Below, piece after piece: positions 9,303-19,074 of a stretch of 64,000 nucleotides of DNA. Positions within the stretch are counted from its first letter, which is position 1. Every line of letters starts with the position of its first letter. The notes under the pieces were generated by a model, which was not told where the DNA came from, ran no database searches, and saw only the letters and a program-made list of their open reading frames with translations. Origin of the DNA: a virus. Location: IMG/VR virus record IMGVR_UViG_3300045988_090087; one strand, 5' to 3'. The translations under genes and the position numbers were made by a program.

Positions 9303-10548
9303 CTTATTTGAAAAAGAATTTCAAACAAATGCTTATTTAGTATCTAAGGATGCTAAAGGTAAAGTTAGATGTGTAAGACTATGGTATGAGTGGAGTGATT
9401 CCGCTCATGCCTATCTTATTAAAAGACAGTCTTGGCAATTAAATGGTAAAAGACTGGACCATCCAGATATTCCTATAAAGAAAGGATTAGTTAGTAGAAC
9501 TCTTAGGGAACAAACTCAACTTCAGTTTAACTCCAAACTTAAAGAATATAAGGATAAAGGTTATAAAGAAGTTGAAGAAGATCCTGATAATAAAGATGAG
9601 AAAATAATTTTAAACTTTCTTCCTGAGTATAATACTGATGGTAATGGTTTTCCTAAACATATGTTAGCTAAACAAGCTAGTAAAGTGGCTAGGAAAACTA
9701 TTGATAACACTCCTTACTATTATGCTAGTAGAAAAGTGGATGGACTTAGATGTTCTTTTTATTGGAATGGTAAAGAAATAAAATCTGCTTCTAGAGGAGG
9801 TGGAGATTATGATTTTGGCACTACTCACATAAGAAAACATCCACTATTAATTCAATTCTTTAAAGAGCATCCATCAATTAAACTTGATGGTGAGCTTTAT
9901 AAACATGGTTGGAGTCTGGCTAAAATAAATAGTGCTGCTAGAATGGAAAAGAATGCTGTAGATTGTGATGAACTACAGTATTTTATATATGATATAATGG
10001 TTCCGAACATACCTTTTAAAACTAGGTTAAAAATGTTAATTGGAATAGCTAAATATCTTAAACTTGGATTTAATCCTAATAAAGATTTTAGTGATTCTGA
10101 ATTACATTTGCAAATATTACCTCAAGTAAAAGTTACTGGATATGATAATATTATGAAATTACATGATAAATATGTAGCTGAAGGTTGGGAAGGAGTTGTT
10201 TGTAGAGATCCTGAAGGCATGTATGAGTTCGGGTCTAGGAAGAACATTATGCTCAAATTCAAAAATTACAAAGATGACTGCTTCAAGATTGTAGATTATG
10301 AGTTAGGACTAAGAGGTTCTGAAGATATGGTATTTATAATGGAATTACCTGATGGTAGAACTTTTAAAGCTAAGCCTTGGGGAGATAGAGCTTTAAAAGA
10401 ATATTATGTAGAAAATTTTGATACCGAATATAAAGGACATTTTGGAGAATGTAAATTTTTCTACTATTCTGAAGATGGTATTCCATTGCAACCTAGTTTC
10501 AAAGCTAGAAGAGATGATTTAGATGATTCTATTAAACAATTATATTAA
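9295..10548 (+). CDS. ATP-dependent DNA ligase
   Basis: Nucleotidyltransferase motif ASRKVDGLRC; KLDGELY; EGVVCRDPEG; IMLKFKNYKDD. Confidence 0.88.
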   Translation: MSDLFEKEFQTNAYLVSKDAKGKVRCVRLWYEWSDSAHAYLIKRQSWQLNGKRLDHPDIPIKKGLVSRTLREQTQLQFNSKLKEYKDKGYKEVEEDPDNKDEKIILNFLPEYNTDGNGFPKHMLAKQASKVARKTIDNTPYYYASRKVDGLRCSFYWNGKEIKSASRGGGDYDFGTTHIRKHPLLIQFFKEHPSIKLDGELYKHGWSLAKINSAARMEKNAVDCDELQYFIYDIMVPNIPFKTRLKMLIGIAKYLKLGFNPNKDFSDSELHLQILPQVKVTGYDNIMKLHDKYVAEGWEGVVCRDPEGMYEFGSRKNIMLKFKNYKDDCFKIVDYELGLRGSEDMVFIMELPDGRTFKAKPWGDRALKEYYVENFDTEYKGHFGECKFFYYSEDGIPLQPSFKARRDDLDDSIKQLY

Positions 10549-10862
10549 TGAGTTCTGCAGCTGACAGAAGTAATGGAATAATACTTAAGAATTATATATA
10601 TGCTAATATATCCTTACATAAATTAGCTAAAATTCTTATAGAAGATTGGCAAATAGCAGATAGACAAAGATTTCCCAGTATTTATAAATTATTTTCACTT
10701 AATTGCCCTCGATATGGAGCTCAAATAAATGCTTTTATAGATATTTTAGATATTAAATATTATTGGTATATCTTATATCCTATTATAAAAGAAATAAATT
10801 CAGAAGTATTAAGTGAATATGATAATTACCTATATAATAAAATAAAAAATTCTTTATTATAA
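10548..10862 (+). CDS. Hypothetical protein
   Basis: ORF 104 aa. Confidence 0.6.
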   Translation: MSSAADRSNGIILKNYIYANISLHKLAKILIEDWQIADRQRFPSIYKLFSLNCPRYGAQINAFIDILDIKYYWYILYPIIKEINSEVLSEYDNYLYNKIKNSLL

Positions 10863-11551
10863 TGACGAAAATTTGCGTACTAAGTGACCTCCATGGTCAT
10901 TTACCAAGAATTGAGCCTTGTGAGTTAGTATTATTAGCAGGAGATATTGTTCCTTTAAATATTCAATTTGATAATGCTGAATCTACTTTATGGTTTTTAG
11001 ATGAATTTACAAAATGGATTGATTCTCTTCCTTGTGATGAAGTTATTATGGTTGCAGGCAATCACGATAAACTTATAGAAAGAGCTTCTTTTATAATTCA
11101 TGCAGTAGAATCTAAAACTGATTTTAAACTTACATATTTGTCAGGAACTACTTATGAATATATAGCTAGGAGTCTTAAACATTATAAAATATATGGCTCT
11201 CCTTTCTGCCATAAGTTCGGTAACTGGTCATTTATGCAAAGTGAAGAATGGTTAAAAGATTATTATGATAATATTCCAGAAGATACTGATATAATTTTAA
11301 CTCACGACACTCCAATGTTAGAGGATTTAGATTTATTACCTCCTAGTCAATGGAACCCAAAAGCTATTCACGCTGGAGGTAAATCTTTAGCAGATGCTAT
11401 TTGTAGAGTACAACCTAGATATGTATTTTGTGGGCATTTACATACTTGCAAAGACAAATATTTAAAATTAGATAATACTGAAATATATAACGTATCTATA
11501 TTAGATAATAACTATAAAAAGATTTACGAACCATTATATTTAAACATCTAA
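10862..11551 (+). CDS. Calcineurin-like metallophosphoesterase
   Basis: LSDLHGH, LLAGDIV, VAGNHD, LTHDTPM, CGHLHTCKD motifs. Confidence 0.88.
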   Translation: MTKICVLSDLHGHLPRIEPCELVLLAGDIVPLNIQFDNAESTLWFLDEFTKWIDSLPCDEVIMVAGNHDKLIERASFIIHAVESKTDFKLTYLSGTTYEYIARSLKHYKIYGSPFCHKFGNWSFMQSEEWLKDYYDNIPEDTDIILTHDTPMLEDLDLLPPSQWNPKAIHAGGKSLADAICRVQPRYVFCGHLHTCKDKYLKLDNTEIYNVSILDNNYKKIYEPLYLNI

Positions 11552-11552
11552 A

Positions 11553-11915
11553 ATGAAAGACGTAATAGCTAATGAAAAATTACCATACATTCCGGAGACC
11601 TTTACTCTCGGATGTCACACCTTCAAAGTACAATTATACGAAGAATTATATGACGATAACGACCCATTATATGGACAATTTGATTATGATGAGCAGATCA
11701 TCAGAATCAAAATATTTAAACATAATGGTGAGCCTTTATCCAAAGAATGTATTCTTAACACATATTATCATGAGCTTTTCCACGCCTTTAACTATCTGTG
11801 GAATACTGGAGGCGATGAATCGCTTGCTAGTACTTTTGCAATGTTAATGTGTGAATATGAAACAACTAAGAAATATGCCAAGAAAGAAGGTATCAATTCC
11901 AGTGGTAGAGAGTAA
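11553..11915 (+). CDS. Zincin-like metallopeptidase-domain protein
   Basis: YHELFHAFNYLWNTGGDESLASTFA: HExxH plus downstream acidic residue. Confidence 0.65.
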   Translation: MKDVIANEKLPYIPETFTLGCHTFKVQLYEELYDDNDPLYGQFDYDEQIIRIKIFKHNGEPLSKECILNTYYHELFHAFNYLWNTGGDESLASTFAMLMCEYETTKKYAKKEGINSSGRE

Positions 11916-12183
11916 ACCTAAAGTTAAATATGTTTCTCCTATTAAAGATTATTCAGTATCCTATGATGCAGTTATTAAAATTAGACAAACAAGTCTTCAA
12001 CCAATAATACCTGCTAAGATTAGGACTGATAAAAGAAACTTCGTTGGAAAACTTCCTGAAGAAGTTATTAATCAATTATCTAAGATTATATCAGAAACTA
12101 TTAAATCATCGTGCTCTTTCTGCACAGAAGTAGTTTCTGTAGATAATATAAAATTTGACCAAACTTTAATAAAAGAAGATTAA
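11851..12183 (+). CDS. Hypothetical protein; internal ATG at 11875 is a likely alternative start
   Basis: ORF 110 aa; called start GTG overlaps the upstream gene; MPRKKVSIPVV from 11875. Confidence 0.55.
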   Translation: MNMKQLRNMPRKKVSIPVVESKPKVKYVSPIKDYSVSYDAVIKIRQTSLQPIIPAKIRTDKRNFVGKLPEEVINQLSKIISETIKSSCSFCTEVVSVDNIKFDQTLIKED

Positions 12184-12524
12184 TGATTTATTTTATTATA
12201 GAGGATTCTCATTTCGGCCCTCATGTAGAACAAATATCTACTGACTTTAATAAATTACGAGAAAATTTTCCGGATGAACTAATCTATGTTACAGATTACA
12301 TGAATGTAGATGATACTTTATATAATATAGTAGATTATTCTAATATGCCGTATAAACCTTATGATGGTACTGAAATAACTAATTGTTACTTATATCGTAA
12401 TAAATTTTATGAGTGTGATGAATTGCCGGAAGAATTAGATCCAGATGAATATATGTGTACTTTTTATAGGACTTACACAAAAGGTTATTTAACTGAAACA
12501 TGGCATAAAGATGGCTGGGTATAA
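12183..12524 (+). CDS. Hypothetical protein
   Basis: ORF 113 aa. Confidence 0.6.
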   Translation: MIYFIIEDSHFGPHVEQISTDFNKLRENFPDELIYVTDYMNVDDTLYNIVDYSNMPYKPYDGTEITNCYLYRNKFYECDELPEELDPDEYMCTFYRTYTKGYLTETWHKDGWV

Positions 12525-13335
12525 TTTAATTACAGACGATAGTGAAGCACTACAAGCTTATCTAAATAACATTACTCATTCTACTCCATTATCTTTAGAG
12601 GAAGAGAAAGAATGTGCTGACACTGGAGATTGGGAGAAATTAGTAAATGCTAATTTAAAGTTTGTAGTAACTGTAGCTAAAAAGTTCCAGAATAAAGGAC
12701 TACCTTTATCGGATTTAATAGCTGAAGGAAATGTAGGTCTTATTCATGCTAGCCGCTTATATAAAAGTGAATATAATGTTAAATTTATAACTTATGCTGT
12801 ATGGCATATAAGTGAAGCTATTCGTAGAGCTATTCATTATAAAGCAGATACTGTTAGAGTTCCTGTAAGTCAAAAACTTACTTATAATAAGGCTGCTAAA
12901 GTTATAAATAAATATTGGCAAACTGAAGATAGACCTCCATCAGATGAAGAGTTGGAAGAAGCTACTGGTAAAACTATGAAACAAATTAATGGAGCTATAA
13001 ATGCTAAAAAAGTATGTATGTCTTTAGACACTCCATTAGGTAGTAATGATGATGACGGAGACTCTACTTTAGTAGACATTGTTAAAAACAATAATAGTCC
13101 TCTAGCAGATAATAATATAGAACAGTCTTATAAGACTAATGTTATTAACAAAGTTTTAAATGGACTTTCTAATAAAGAACATGACATAATAATTTTATGC
13201 TATGGATTTACTGGGCAAGAATATACTCCTGAACTTATATCTCCTTTATTTGGGTGTACACCAGAACGTATCAGACAAATTAGGAAAGAAGCAATCAAGA
13301 AACTTAGAAAAAGAAAAATTCTTAAAAACATTTAA
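12511..13335 (+). CDS. Sigma-70-family RNA polymerase sigma factor
   Basis: LVNANLKFVVTVAKKFQNKGLPLSDLIAEGNVGLIHA...KFITYAVWHISEAIRRAI (region 2); TPERIRQIRKEAIKKLRKR (region 4). Confidence 0.92.
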   Translation: MAGYNLITDDSEALQAYLNNITHSTPLSLEEEKECADTGDWEKLVNANLKFVVTVAKKFQNKGLPLSDLIAEGNVGLIHASRLYKSEYNVKFITYAVWHISEAIRRAIHYKADTVRVPVSQKLTYNKAAKVINKYWQTEDRPPSDEELEEATGKTMKQINGAINAKKVCMSLDTPLGSNDDDGDSTLVDIVKNNNSPLADNNIEQSYKTNVINKVLNGLSNKEHDIIILCYGFTGQEYTPELISPLFGCTPERIRQIRKEAIKKLRKRKILKNI

Positions 13336-14556
13336 ATGATTTATTTAGTTACCAAGGTTAAAGCTTTATTCAAATCTTCTAAATATGAATGTATTTCCAT
13401 AGAAAGAAGTAAGGAAATTATTAATTCTATGAAAAAAATTAGAGGATTAGATACTGAAACTATGGGACTAAATCCTCATACTAAAGCATTACTAACAGTT
13501 CAGATAGGTACTAAAGAAAATCAAGTAGTAATTGATTGTACTACTATAAACATTTGGGAATATAAAGATATATTAGAAGATTCTACTATTCTATATATTT
13601 TAGCTAATGCTAAATTTGATATTCAATTCTTCTTTAAACATAACATTATATTATCTAAAGTATGGGATGTAATGTTAGCTGAAAAGATTAGATATTTGGG
13701 ATATCCTAAAGGTAGTTTCCATGCTGACTTAAAGACTCTTGAATACAAGTATCTTAATAAATATATGGATAAAACTGTTCGAGGTAAAATTACTAAAGTT
13801 GGTCTAACTGAGGAAGTAATAGTTTATGCAGCTAATGATGTAGTAGATTTGGAAGATTTAATGAATGCCCAAATAAAAGCACTAGAAAAAGAAGATTTAG
13901 TAAAGGCAGTACAATTAGAGAATAGATTTGTCCTTCCATTGGCTTATATGGAATGGTGTGGAGTAAAATTAGACGTAGAAAAATGGAAAGCTAAAATGGT
14001 AAAAGATGCTAAACGTTTAAAGGTTGCCCTAACTAAATTAAATAATTGGGTAGTAAAACACTATGGAAATGATTCTAGATTTACTAAGGTAGATTTACAA
14101 GGGGATTTATTTTCAGGATTTAATACTGACCCACAGTGTACTATAAATTGGAATAGTGCAGCTCAAGTAATTCCATTATTTAAAGCTATTGGAATAAATA
14201 CTTCTACTGTAGATAGTAAAACAAAGAAATTAAAAGATTCTGTAGATGCTAAATTATTAGAGCCTCAAGCTAAGGATTTTGAAATTCTTCCTATTTATCT
14301 AGATTATAAGGAAGCTCAAAAAGTATGTTCTACTTATGGACAGAACTGGTTAGACCAAATAAATCCTGAAACTGGTAGAGTATATACTAAGTTTAATCAG
14401 CTAGGTACTAATACTGCTAGAATATCTAGTGGTGGAAAAGATAAGAATGCTAAAATAGAATATGTAAATTTTCTTAATCTTCCAGCAGATCCAGAAACTA
14501 GAAGTTGTTTTATTGCAGAAAAAGGTAACTCTTGGATTTCCATAGACTACTCGGGT
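13336..14556 (+). CDS. Family A DNA polymerase, exon 1 (3'-5' exonuclease domain through motif A)
   Basis: IRGLDTETMGLNPHTKALLTVQIG (DxE); NTARISSGG; WISIDYSG then the frame runs into an intron stop. Confidence 0.9.
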
Positions 14557-14878
14557 AAAAAATAAACATATAAACTATAACATTTTATATATTATACTTT
14601 GGATAATTTATCTGTAAATAAATCAGAGGATGTGTTAAAAATGTTTTATAGTTTATATCATAATGCTCATTATTTTCTAAAAAGAAAATATGAAAAATTT
14701 GGCCCCCTTGTAAGGAAACTTACAGGTGAAAACCTCGTAAATTCAGTTAATGAACGGGCATTATCAAAGACTGAGCCAAGCCTTATAATAAAGGAAGGTG
14801 CAGAGACTAGAAACGAGGAGCCTAAAATAAATGATTAAATTTATCATGGCTGAGGTATAGTCCAGCGTGTTTACGTAG
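14557..14878 (+). mobile_element. Group I intron 1 in DNA polymerase, 322 nt, no convincing endonuclease ORF
   Basis: Exon ends in T (GGT); intron ends in G (TTTACGTAG|CAAGAA); Q-like GACTGAGCCAAGCC; P7 pair CAGAGACTA / GGTATAGTCC; splicing restores DYSG|QESFIMASISND. Confidence 0.85.
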
Positions 14879-15544
14879 CAAGAAAGTTTCATTATGGCTT
14901 CCATTTCTAATGACAAAGCTTTAATACATGAATTAATGGAAGGAAGTGGGGATTTGCATTCTCTAACTGCTTATATGAGTTATCCTGATCAAATACCAAG
15001 AGATACAAAAATAACAGAAATTAAAGAAAAGTATCACCATCTTAGACAGCTAGCTAAGAAAATTGAGTTTGGATTCAATTATGGTGGAGACTTTAATACT
15101 ATACATAGGAATTTAGGTATCTCTATAGAAGAAGCTAAAAAAATATATGAAAATTATATGTCGGGTTTCTCAGGATTAGCTAAGTACCAAGAGTATTGTA
15201 GAAAGATAGTAATGGAAAAAGGCTATATACTTCTAAATCCTATAAGTAAATATAGAGCACATATATATGATTTTGAATCTCTACGTTCAATGCAAGAAAA
15301 AATGCAAGATAGGGAATTTTGGAAGTATTATAGAGAAATGAAACGAGAGTCTCCTAACTGTGATACAGTACAAGAAGTACGAGACTTCTTTAAGAAAAAG
15401 GGTGAGTGTGAAAGGAATAGTATAAATTATAGAATACAACATACTGGAGCTTTATGTTATAAAGTAAGTATGATTTATTTCTTTAAATGGATAATAGAAA
15501 ATAATCTTTTTAATAAGGTTTTAATTACTGTTACCCCCTACGAT
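14879..15544 (+). CDS. Family A DNA polymerase, exon 2 (motif B region)
   Basis: LRQLAKKIEFGFNYGG...NSINYRIQHTGA; exactly 222 codons in frame from predicted splice site to splice site. Confidence 0.88.
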
Positions 15545-16409
15545 AAATAATCTTGTCGTAGTAAAACGATGTTAATTGCTTGGAACTCCTAAAGATTTAA
15601 TTACTAAATTATTGAAATAATAAACTAGTAAAAATATTAAATATGATTTTACCTCGGTTAAAAGAAATGGACAATAAGCAGCTTTATAATTTTACAAGAG
15701 AACAAACTCAAGTATTTTTAACAGGACTGTTAGGTGATGGATGTATATCCACTACAAATAGTGGTAGTTATATTTATACCACAAATTGTAAACATCTTGA
15801 ATATTTAGAATTTAAAAAGAAATTATTAGGTAAAGGGAATATTAAACTTCAAGAAAAAAATGGCTATAGTCAAACTCCTATATATACTATGTATGGAGGA
15901 GCTTACCCAGAATTATTTGAGTTTAAAAAATTTACTGTTCAAGATGTTATTGAAAATCTAGATTTACTTGGGTTAGCATTATGGTTTTATGATGATGGCA
16001 GCCTTCATAAAAGAGATTTATATTATAATTTAAATACTCAAAAGTTCCCAAAGTATATACAAGAAGGAATTTTTATTCCATGGTTTGATTCCTTGGGCAT
16101 TAAAGCTAATTTAAGGCACGATACAAAAAGGGAAAAAGAATTGTATTATTTAGGAATTAATAAATATGAAGGAGCTAATATTATTAGTGAAATACTATCA
16201 CGTTATCCATTAGATTGTTACTCTTATAAATTATGGAGTTCAGAGACTATCCTGAAATGGAGTAAGCTGCAAGAGCAGGTGAAAAGCATCGATGAAAATC
16301 TTACTAATAGGCAGTTAGCTTATAAGTGGAGATTTTTATAAGATATAGTCCGAACCTATATGAAAGTATAGGAGAATATATGGAATCGATATATTCGTAA
16401 CAATATATG
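15545..16409 (+). mobile_element. Group I intron 2 in DNA polymerase, 865 nt, with LAGLIDADG ORF
   Basis: Exon ends CCTACGAT|, intron ends ATATG|GAG; IGS GTCGTAG at 15555-15561 pairs with exon CTACGAT (7 bp incl. U.G at the splice site); P7 3' strand AGATATAGTCCG near 16342; AATTGCTTGGAACTCCTAAAG near the 5' end. Confidence 0.9.
15643..16341 (+). CDS. LAGLIDADG homing endonuclease (intron-encoded)
   Basis: VFLTGLLGDGCIS and LALWFYDDGSLHK LAGLIDADG-type motifs, C-terminal SSETILKWSK; located inside intron 2. Confidence 0.88.
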   Translation: MILPRLKEMDNKQLYNFTREQTQVFLTGLLGDGCISTTNSGSYIYTTNCKHLEYLEFKKKLLGKGNIKLQEKNGYSQTPIYTMYGGAYPELFEFKKFTVQDVIENLDLLGLALWFYDDGSLHKRDLYYNLNTQKFPKYIQEGIFIPWFDSLGIKANLRHDTKREKELYYLGINKYEGANIISEILSRYPLDCYSYKLWSSETILKWSKLQEQVKSIDENLTNRQLAYKWRFL

Positions 16410-16571
16410 GAGATTAATTGTGAAGCACCTATAGAAATAGCTGAAAAAGTAGCTATTAGACTTCATGCTATTATGGTTAGAGCAGGAGAAATATTTTGTA
16501 CTAGATGTAAGTTAGATGCAGATATCTCTAGATGTAAAGATGGGACATTACCTAATTACTGGATTCATTAA
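16410..16571 (+). CDS. Family A DNA polymerase, exon 3 (motif C end)
   Basis: EINCEAPIEIAEKVAIRLHAIMVRAGEIFC...LPNYWIH*; joined exons give a 682-aa polymerase. Confidence 0.85.
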   Translation, partial: EINCEAPIEIAEKVAIRLHAIMVRAGEIFCTRCKLDADISRCKDGTLPNYWIH

Positions 16572-16572
16572 A

Positions 16573-16806
16573 ATGGAAATAACTTACACTTGTAACGACT
16601 ATTCATTATATATCGACGGCAAAGAATTCGTTGATATAGATTACGACAAACAAAAAGAAATTTGTCATAAATTAGTAGATAAAGTTTCCGAAGGAGTTTT
16701 ACAAAGATTTATAGAAATTGCTTGTACCGGAATGGGCGAGTATGAACAATTAGATTATTGTGAAACTCATGGAGAATTTGTTGATAAATACGTAATAAAT
16801 ATATGA
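16573..16806 (+). CDS. Hypothetical protein; the ORF-track start at 16516 overlaps polymerase exon 3, so ATG 16573 is more likely
   Basis: MEITYTCNDYSLYIDGKEFVDIDYDKQ... Confidence 0.65.
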   Translation: MEITYTCNDYSLYIDGKEFVDIDYDKQKEICHKLVDKVSEGVLQRFIEIACTGMGEYEQLDYCETHGEFVDKYVINI

Positions 16807-16946
16807 CATTTATTATAACTAATAAAGATGGTTCTAGAACTCAGTATTCTAACCATTATAACGAAGATAATGAAATTGAAGTAGATGCAGCATGGGATGA
16901 TGTATATGCAAAATTCCCTGAAGCTGATTATATTGAGCAATTTTAA
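16803..16946 (+). CDS. Small hypothetical protein (47 aa)
   Basis: MTFIITNKDGSRTQYSNHYNEDNEIEVDAAWDDVYAKFPEADYIEQF; overlapping start. Confidence 0.5.
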   Translation: MTFIITNKDGSRTQYSNHYNEDNEIEVDAAWDDVYAKFPEADYIEQF

Positions 16947-16948
16947 TT

Positions 16949-17164
16949 ATGGCTAGTAATTCACCAACGTTGATGCAATCTGAAGAGAGATTTTTAGATA
17001 ATCTTAATACAGATATTCCTTTAAAAGAAGAAGATTATACAATATGTTTTTGTATAAGTAAACAAATTTCTACAACTAATATTGAAGATATTAGTAAATC
17101 TTTGCAAAATCGCTTTTTAAGTGAAGGATGGAGTATTGATGATTTTGATTTAGAAAAAGAATGA
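16949..17164 (+). CDS. Hypothetical protein
   Basis: ORF 71 aa. Confidence 0.6.
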   Translation: MASNSPTLMQSEERFLDNLNTDIPLKEEDYTICFCISKQISTTNIEDISKSLQNRFLSEGWSIDDFDLEKE

Positions 17165-17190
17165 GTAAATTAATTATATGTATCCTTTAA

Positions 17191-17808
17191 ATGGTAGATA
17201 ATTTTAATATATTTGCTCCTTGGTTTGATAATCTCTCAGACCAAGGAGATTTTTACTTTGTACAAGTAATACAAAGGAAAAAAGAATGCAATATAGGTAG
17301 TAATAATAATGTAATTAAAGATTATCATTTCTTTGATAAAAAATCTTTTTTAAATAAAAAAGAAGAAATAGTTACATTATGTAAAACTTTTAATGCTCGT
17401 GCCTATTTTTGGGTAAATCCTAGAAATTGTAAGCAAGTACAATATGAGATAATTAGAGAGACTCTAGAAGCTATAGAATGTAATTCTAAGAAGTTATTTA
17501 AATGTGTCTCTAAAGCAATAGGTCAAAGAAGAAATTCTGATTATAAATCTAAATGGATATTAGATTTTGATACTAAAGATTGGGGTCTTATAAATAAATA
17601 TTTAGATTTAGTTAGAGAATGTAGACCTTACACAAATATAATATTATATTATATTCCTACAGTAAATGGAATTCATGTAATTACTCTTGGATTTGACTTA
17701 GGACAATTTAAGCAAAAGGTAGCTATAGCTAAATTAGATAATATAGATATACACAAAGATAATCCATCAGTACTTTATCATGATGATGTTAGAGCTTCTA
17801 ATAATTGA
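17191..17808 (+). CDS. Hypothetical protein
   Basis: ORF 205 aa; SKWILDFDTKD, no family assigned with certainty. Confidence 0.65.
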   Translation: MVDNFNIFAPWFDNLSDQGDFYFVQVIQRKKECNIGSNNNVIKDYHFFDKKSFLNKKEEIVTLCKTFNARAYFWVNPRNCKQVQYEIIRETLEAIECNSKKLFKCVSKAIGQRRNSDYKSKWILDFDTKDWGLINKYLDLVRECRPYTNIILYYIPTVNGIHVITLGFDLGQFKQKVAIAKLDNIDIHKDNPSVLYHDDVRASNN

Positions 17809-17901
17809 TATAATTATTGTAATTATCTATGGTATAGCTTTAATAGTTATGTTAATTACAAAAGCTTCTTCCGATGAAATTATAACAGCTACTGCAATAT
17901 A

Positions 17902-18201
17902 TTGTATAGCAGCTACTATAGTAAATGGGATAGTATATCTATATCCTTAGATAAATTGTTTATAATTTTAATAATATTTGTTATGTTTTTTAATAAAACT
18001 TTTACTGACGAACTTTCTAGTATTAAATCTGCTTTTCAGTCTACTCACGATAAAACCGCTTCTCTTATAGAGCGAATGAATACTAAAATCACATCTAAAG
18101 AAAATTCTATTAAAGAGTTACAGTATGAAATTAAAGAAATTGAGGATATCAAAGCTCAGGCAGATAATTTTGTAACTAATCTTAAAAATATTCTTGATTA
18201 A
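17902..18201 (+). CDS. Hypothetical membrane/coiled-coil protein
   Basis: Hydrophobic LFIILIIFVMFF followed by a charged heptad-like region. Confidence 0.6.
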   Translation: MYSSYYSKWDSISISLDKLFIILIIFVMFFNKTFTDELSSIKSAFQSTHDKTASLIERMNTKITSKENSIKELQYEIKEIEDIKAQADNFVTNLKNILD

Positions 18202-18566
18202 TGTATAAAGTAAAAGAAACTTTCGAGTATCTTGTAAACGATCCAAATAACTTTTGCTCAGTACATGATGCCTTAGAAATGGATACAAGTATGCCTTGTC
18301 CTTGTTGGGAGGGAAGTAAAGTTCCTGTAAATGAAAAAGGAGAAGAAGAATCTATCCCATGGGGTAATAGTGAAGTATCTATTACTGATATAGGTAATAT
18401 TGTAAAAATTGATAAGGATACTCTTTTAAAGTTAATTAAGAATTCTGAGAAATTATCAACATTAGAAGAGTGGGGAGTAGATAATTGGATAAATTATGGT
18501 GAAGCCATGCAATATTTGGATGATTCACCTGATGAAGTGTTACTTAAACAATATTTAGATGATTGA
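18201..18566 (+). CDS. Hypothetical protein
   Basis: ORF 121 aa. Confidence 0.6.
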   Translation: MYKVKETFEYLVNDPNNFCSVHDALEMDTSMPCPCWEGSKVPVNEKGEEESIPWGNSEVSITDIGNIVKIDKDTLLKLIKNSEKLSTLEEWGVDNWINYGEAMQYLDDSPDEVLLKQYLDD

Positions 18567-19074
18567 TTTTGAAACTAAAAAAGTACTGTTCATTGATTTG
18601 GACAGTACTTTAATTAAGACTATTTCAGGTAAAACATTTCCTGAAGACATTACTGATTTTAGAGTACAACTTCCTGTATTAGATAAAATAATAGAAAAGA
18701 TGCCTAATCTTAGTATGTTTTTTATAGTAAGTAATCAAGGAGGTTTAAAGACTCTTACAGATAAACGTATTTTTAATTATAAGATATGGGCTGTAGAAGA
18801 TATATGTCATGGCTATTTTATTAATAAACTTAATAATTTTTCATATAGTGATAGCTTGTATTGTTGTTCTATGGATAAGAATAATACTTATCGAAAACCT
18901 AATACTGGAATGCTAGAACAATTATACTATCAATACAAAGTAGAGTCTAAAGATGAATGTATTATGATAGGAGATGCTTCTGGTAAATCAGGAGATTTTT
19001 CAGATTCTGATAAGAGATGTGCTTCAAGATTTTTTATAGATTATATTGACGTTAGAGACTTTTTAGAATTATGA
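18559..19074 (+). CDS. HAD-superfamily polynucleotide 3'-phosphatase-like protein (PNKP phosphatase-like)
   Basis: LFIDLDSTLIKT (DxDxT), FIVSNQGG, YRKPNTGMLEQL, IMIGDASGKSGDFSDSD. Confidence 0.85.
   Translation: MIDFETKKVLFIDLDSTLIKTISGKTFPEDITDFRVQLPVLDKIIEKMPNLSMFFIVSNQGGLKTLTDKRIFNYKIWAVEDICHGYFINKLNNFSYSDSLYCCSMDKNNTYRKPNTGMLEQLYYQYKVESKDECIMIGDASGKSGDFSDSDKRCASRFFIDYIDVRDFLEL

Noticed and set aside
11572-11847. 91-aa plus-strand ORF overlapping the zincin-like gene
   Set aside because: Overlaps the HELFH gene almost completely in another frame, with no motif.
14599-14838. 79-aa ORF inside polymerase intron 1 as a possible intron-encoded protein
   Set aside because: No LAGLIDADG, HNH or GIY-YIG motif. 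It overlaps the intron's structural elements (Q-like and P7 sequences), so it is likely fortuitous.
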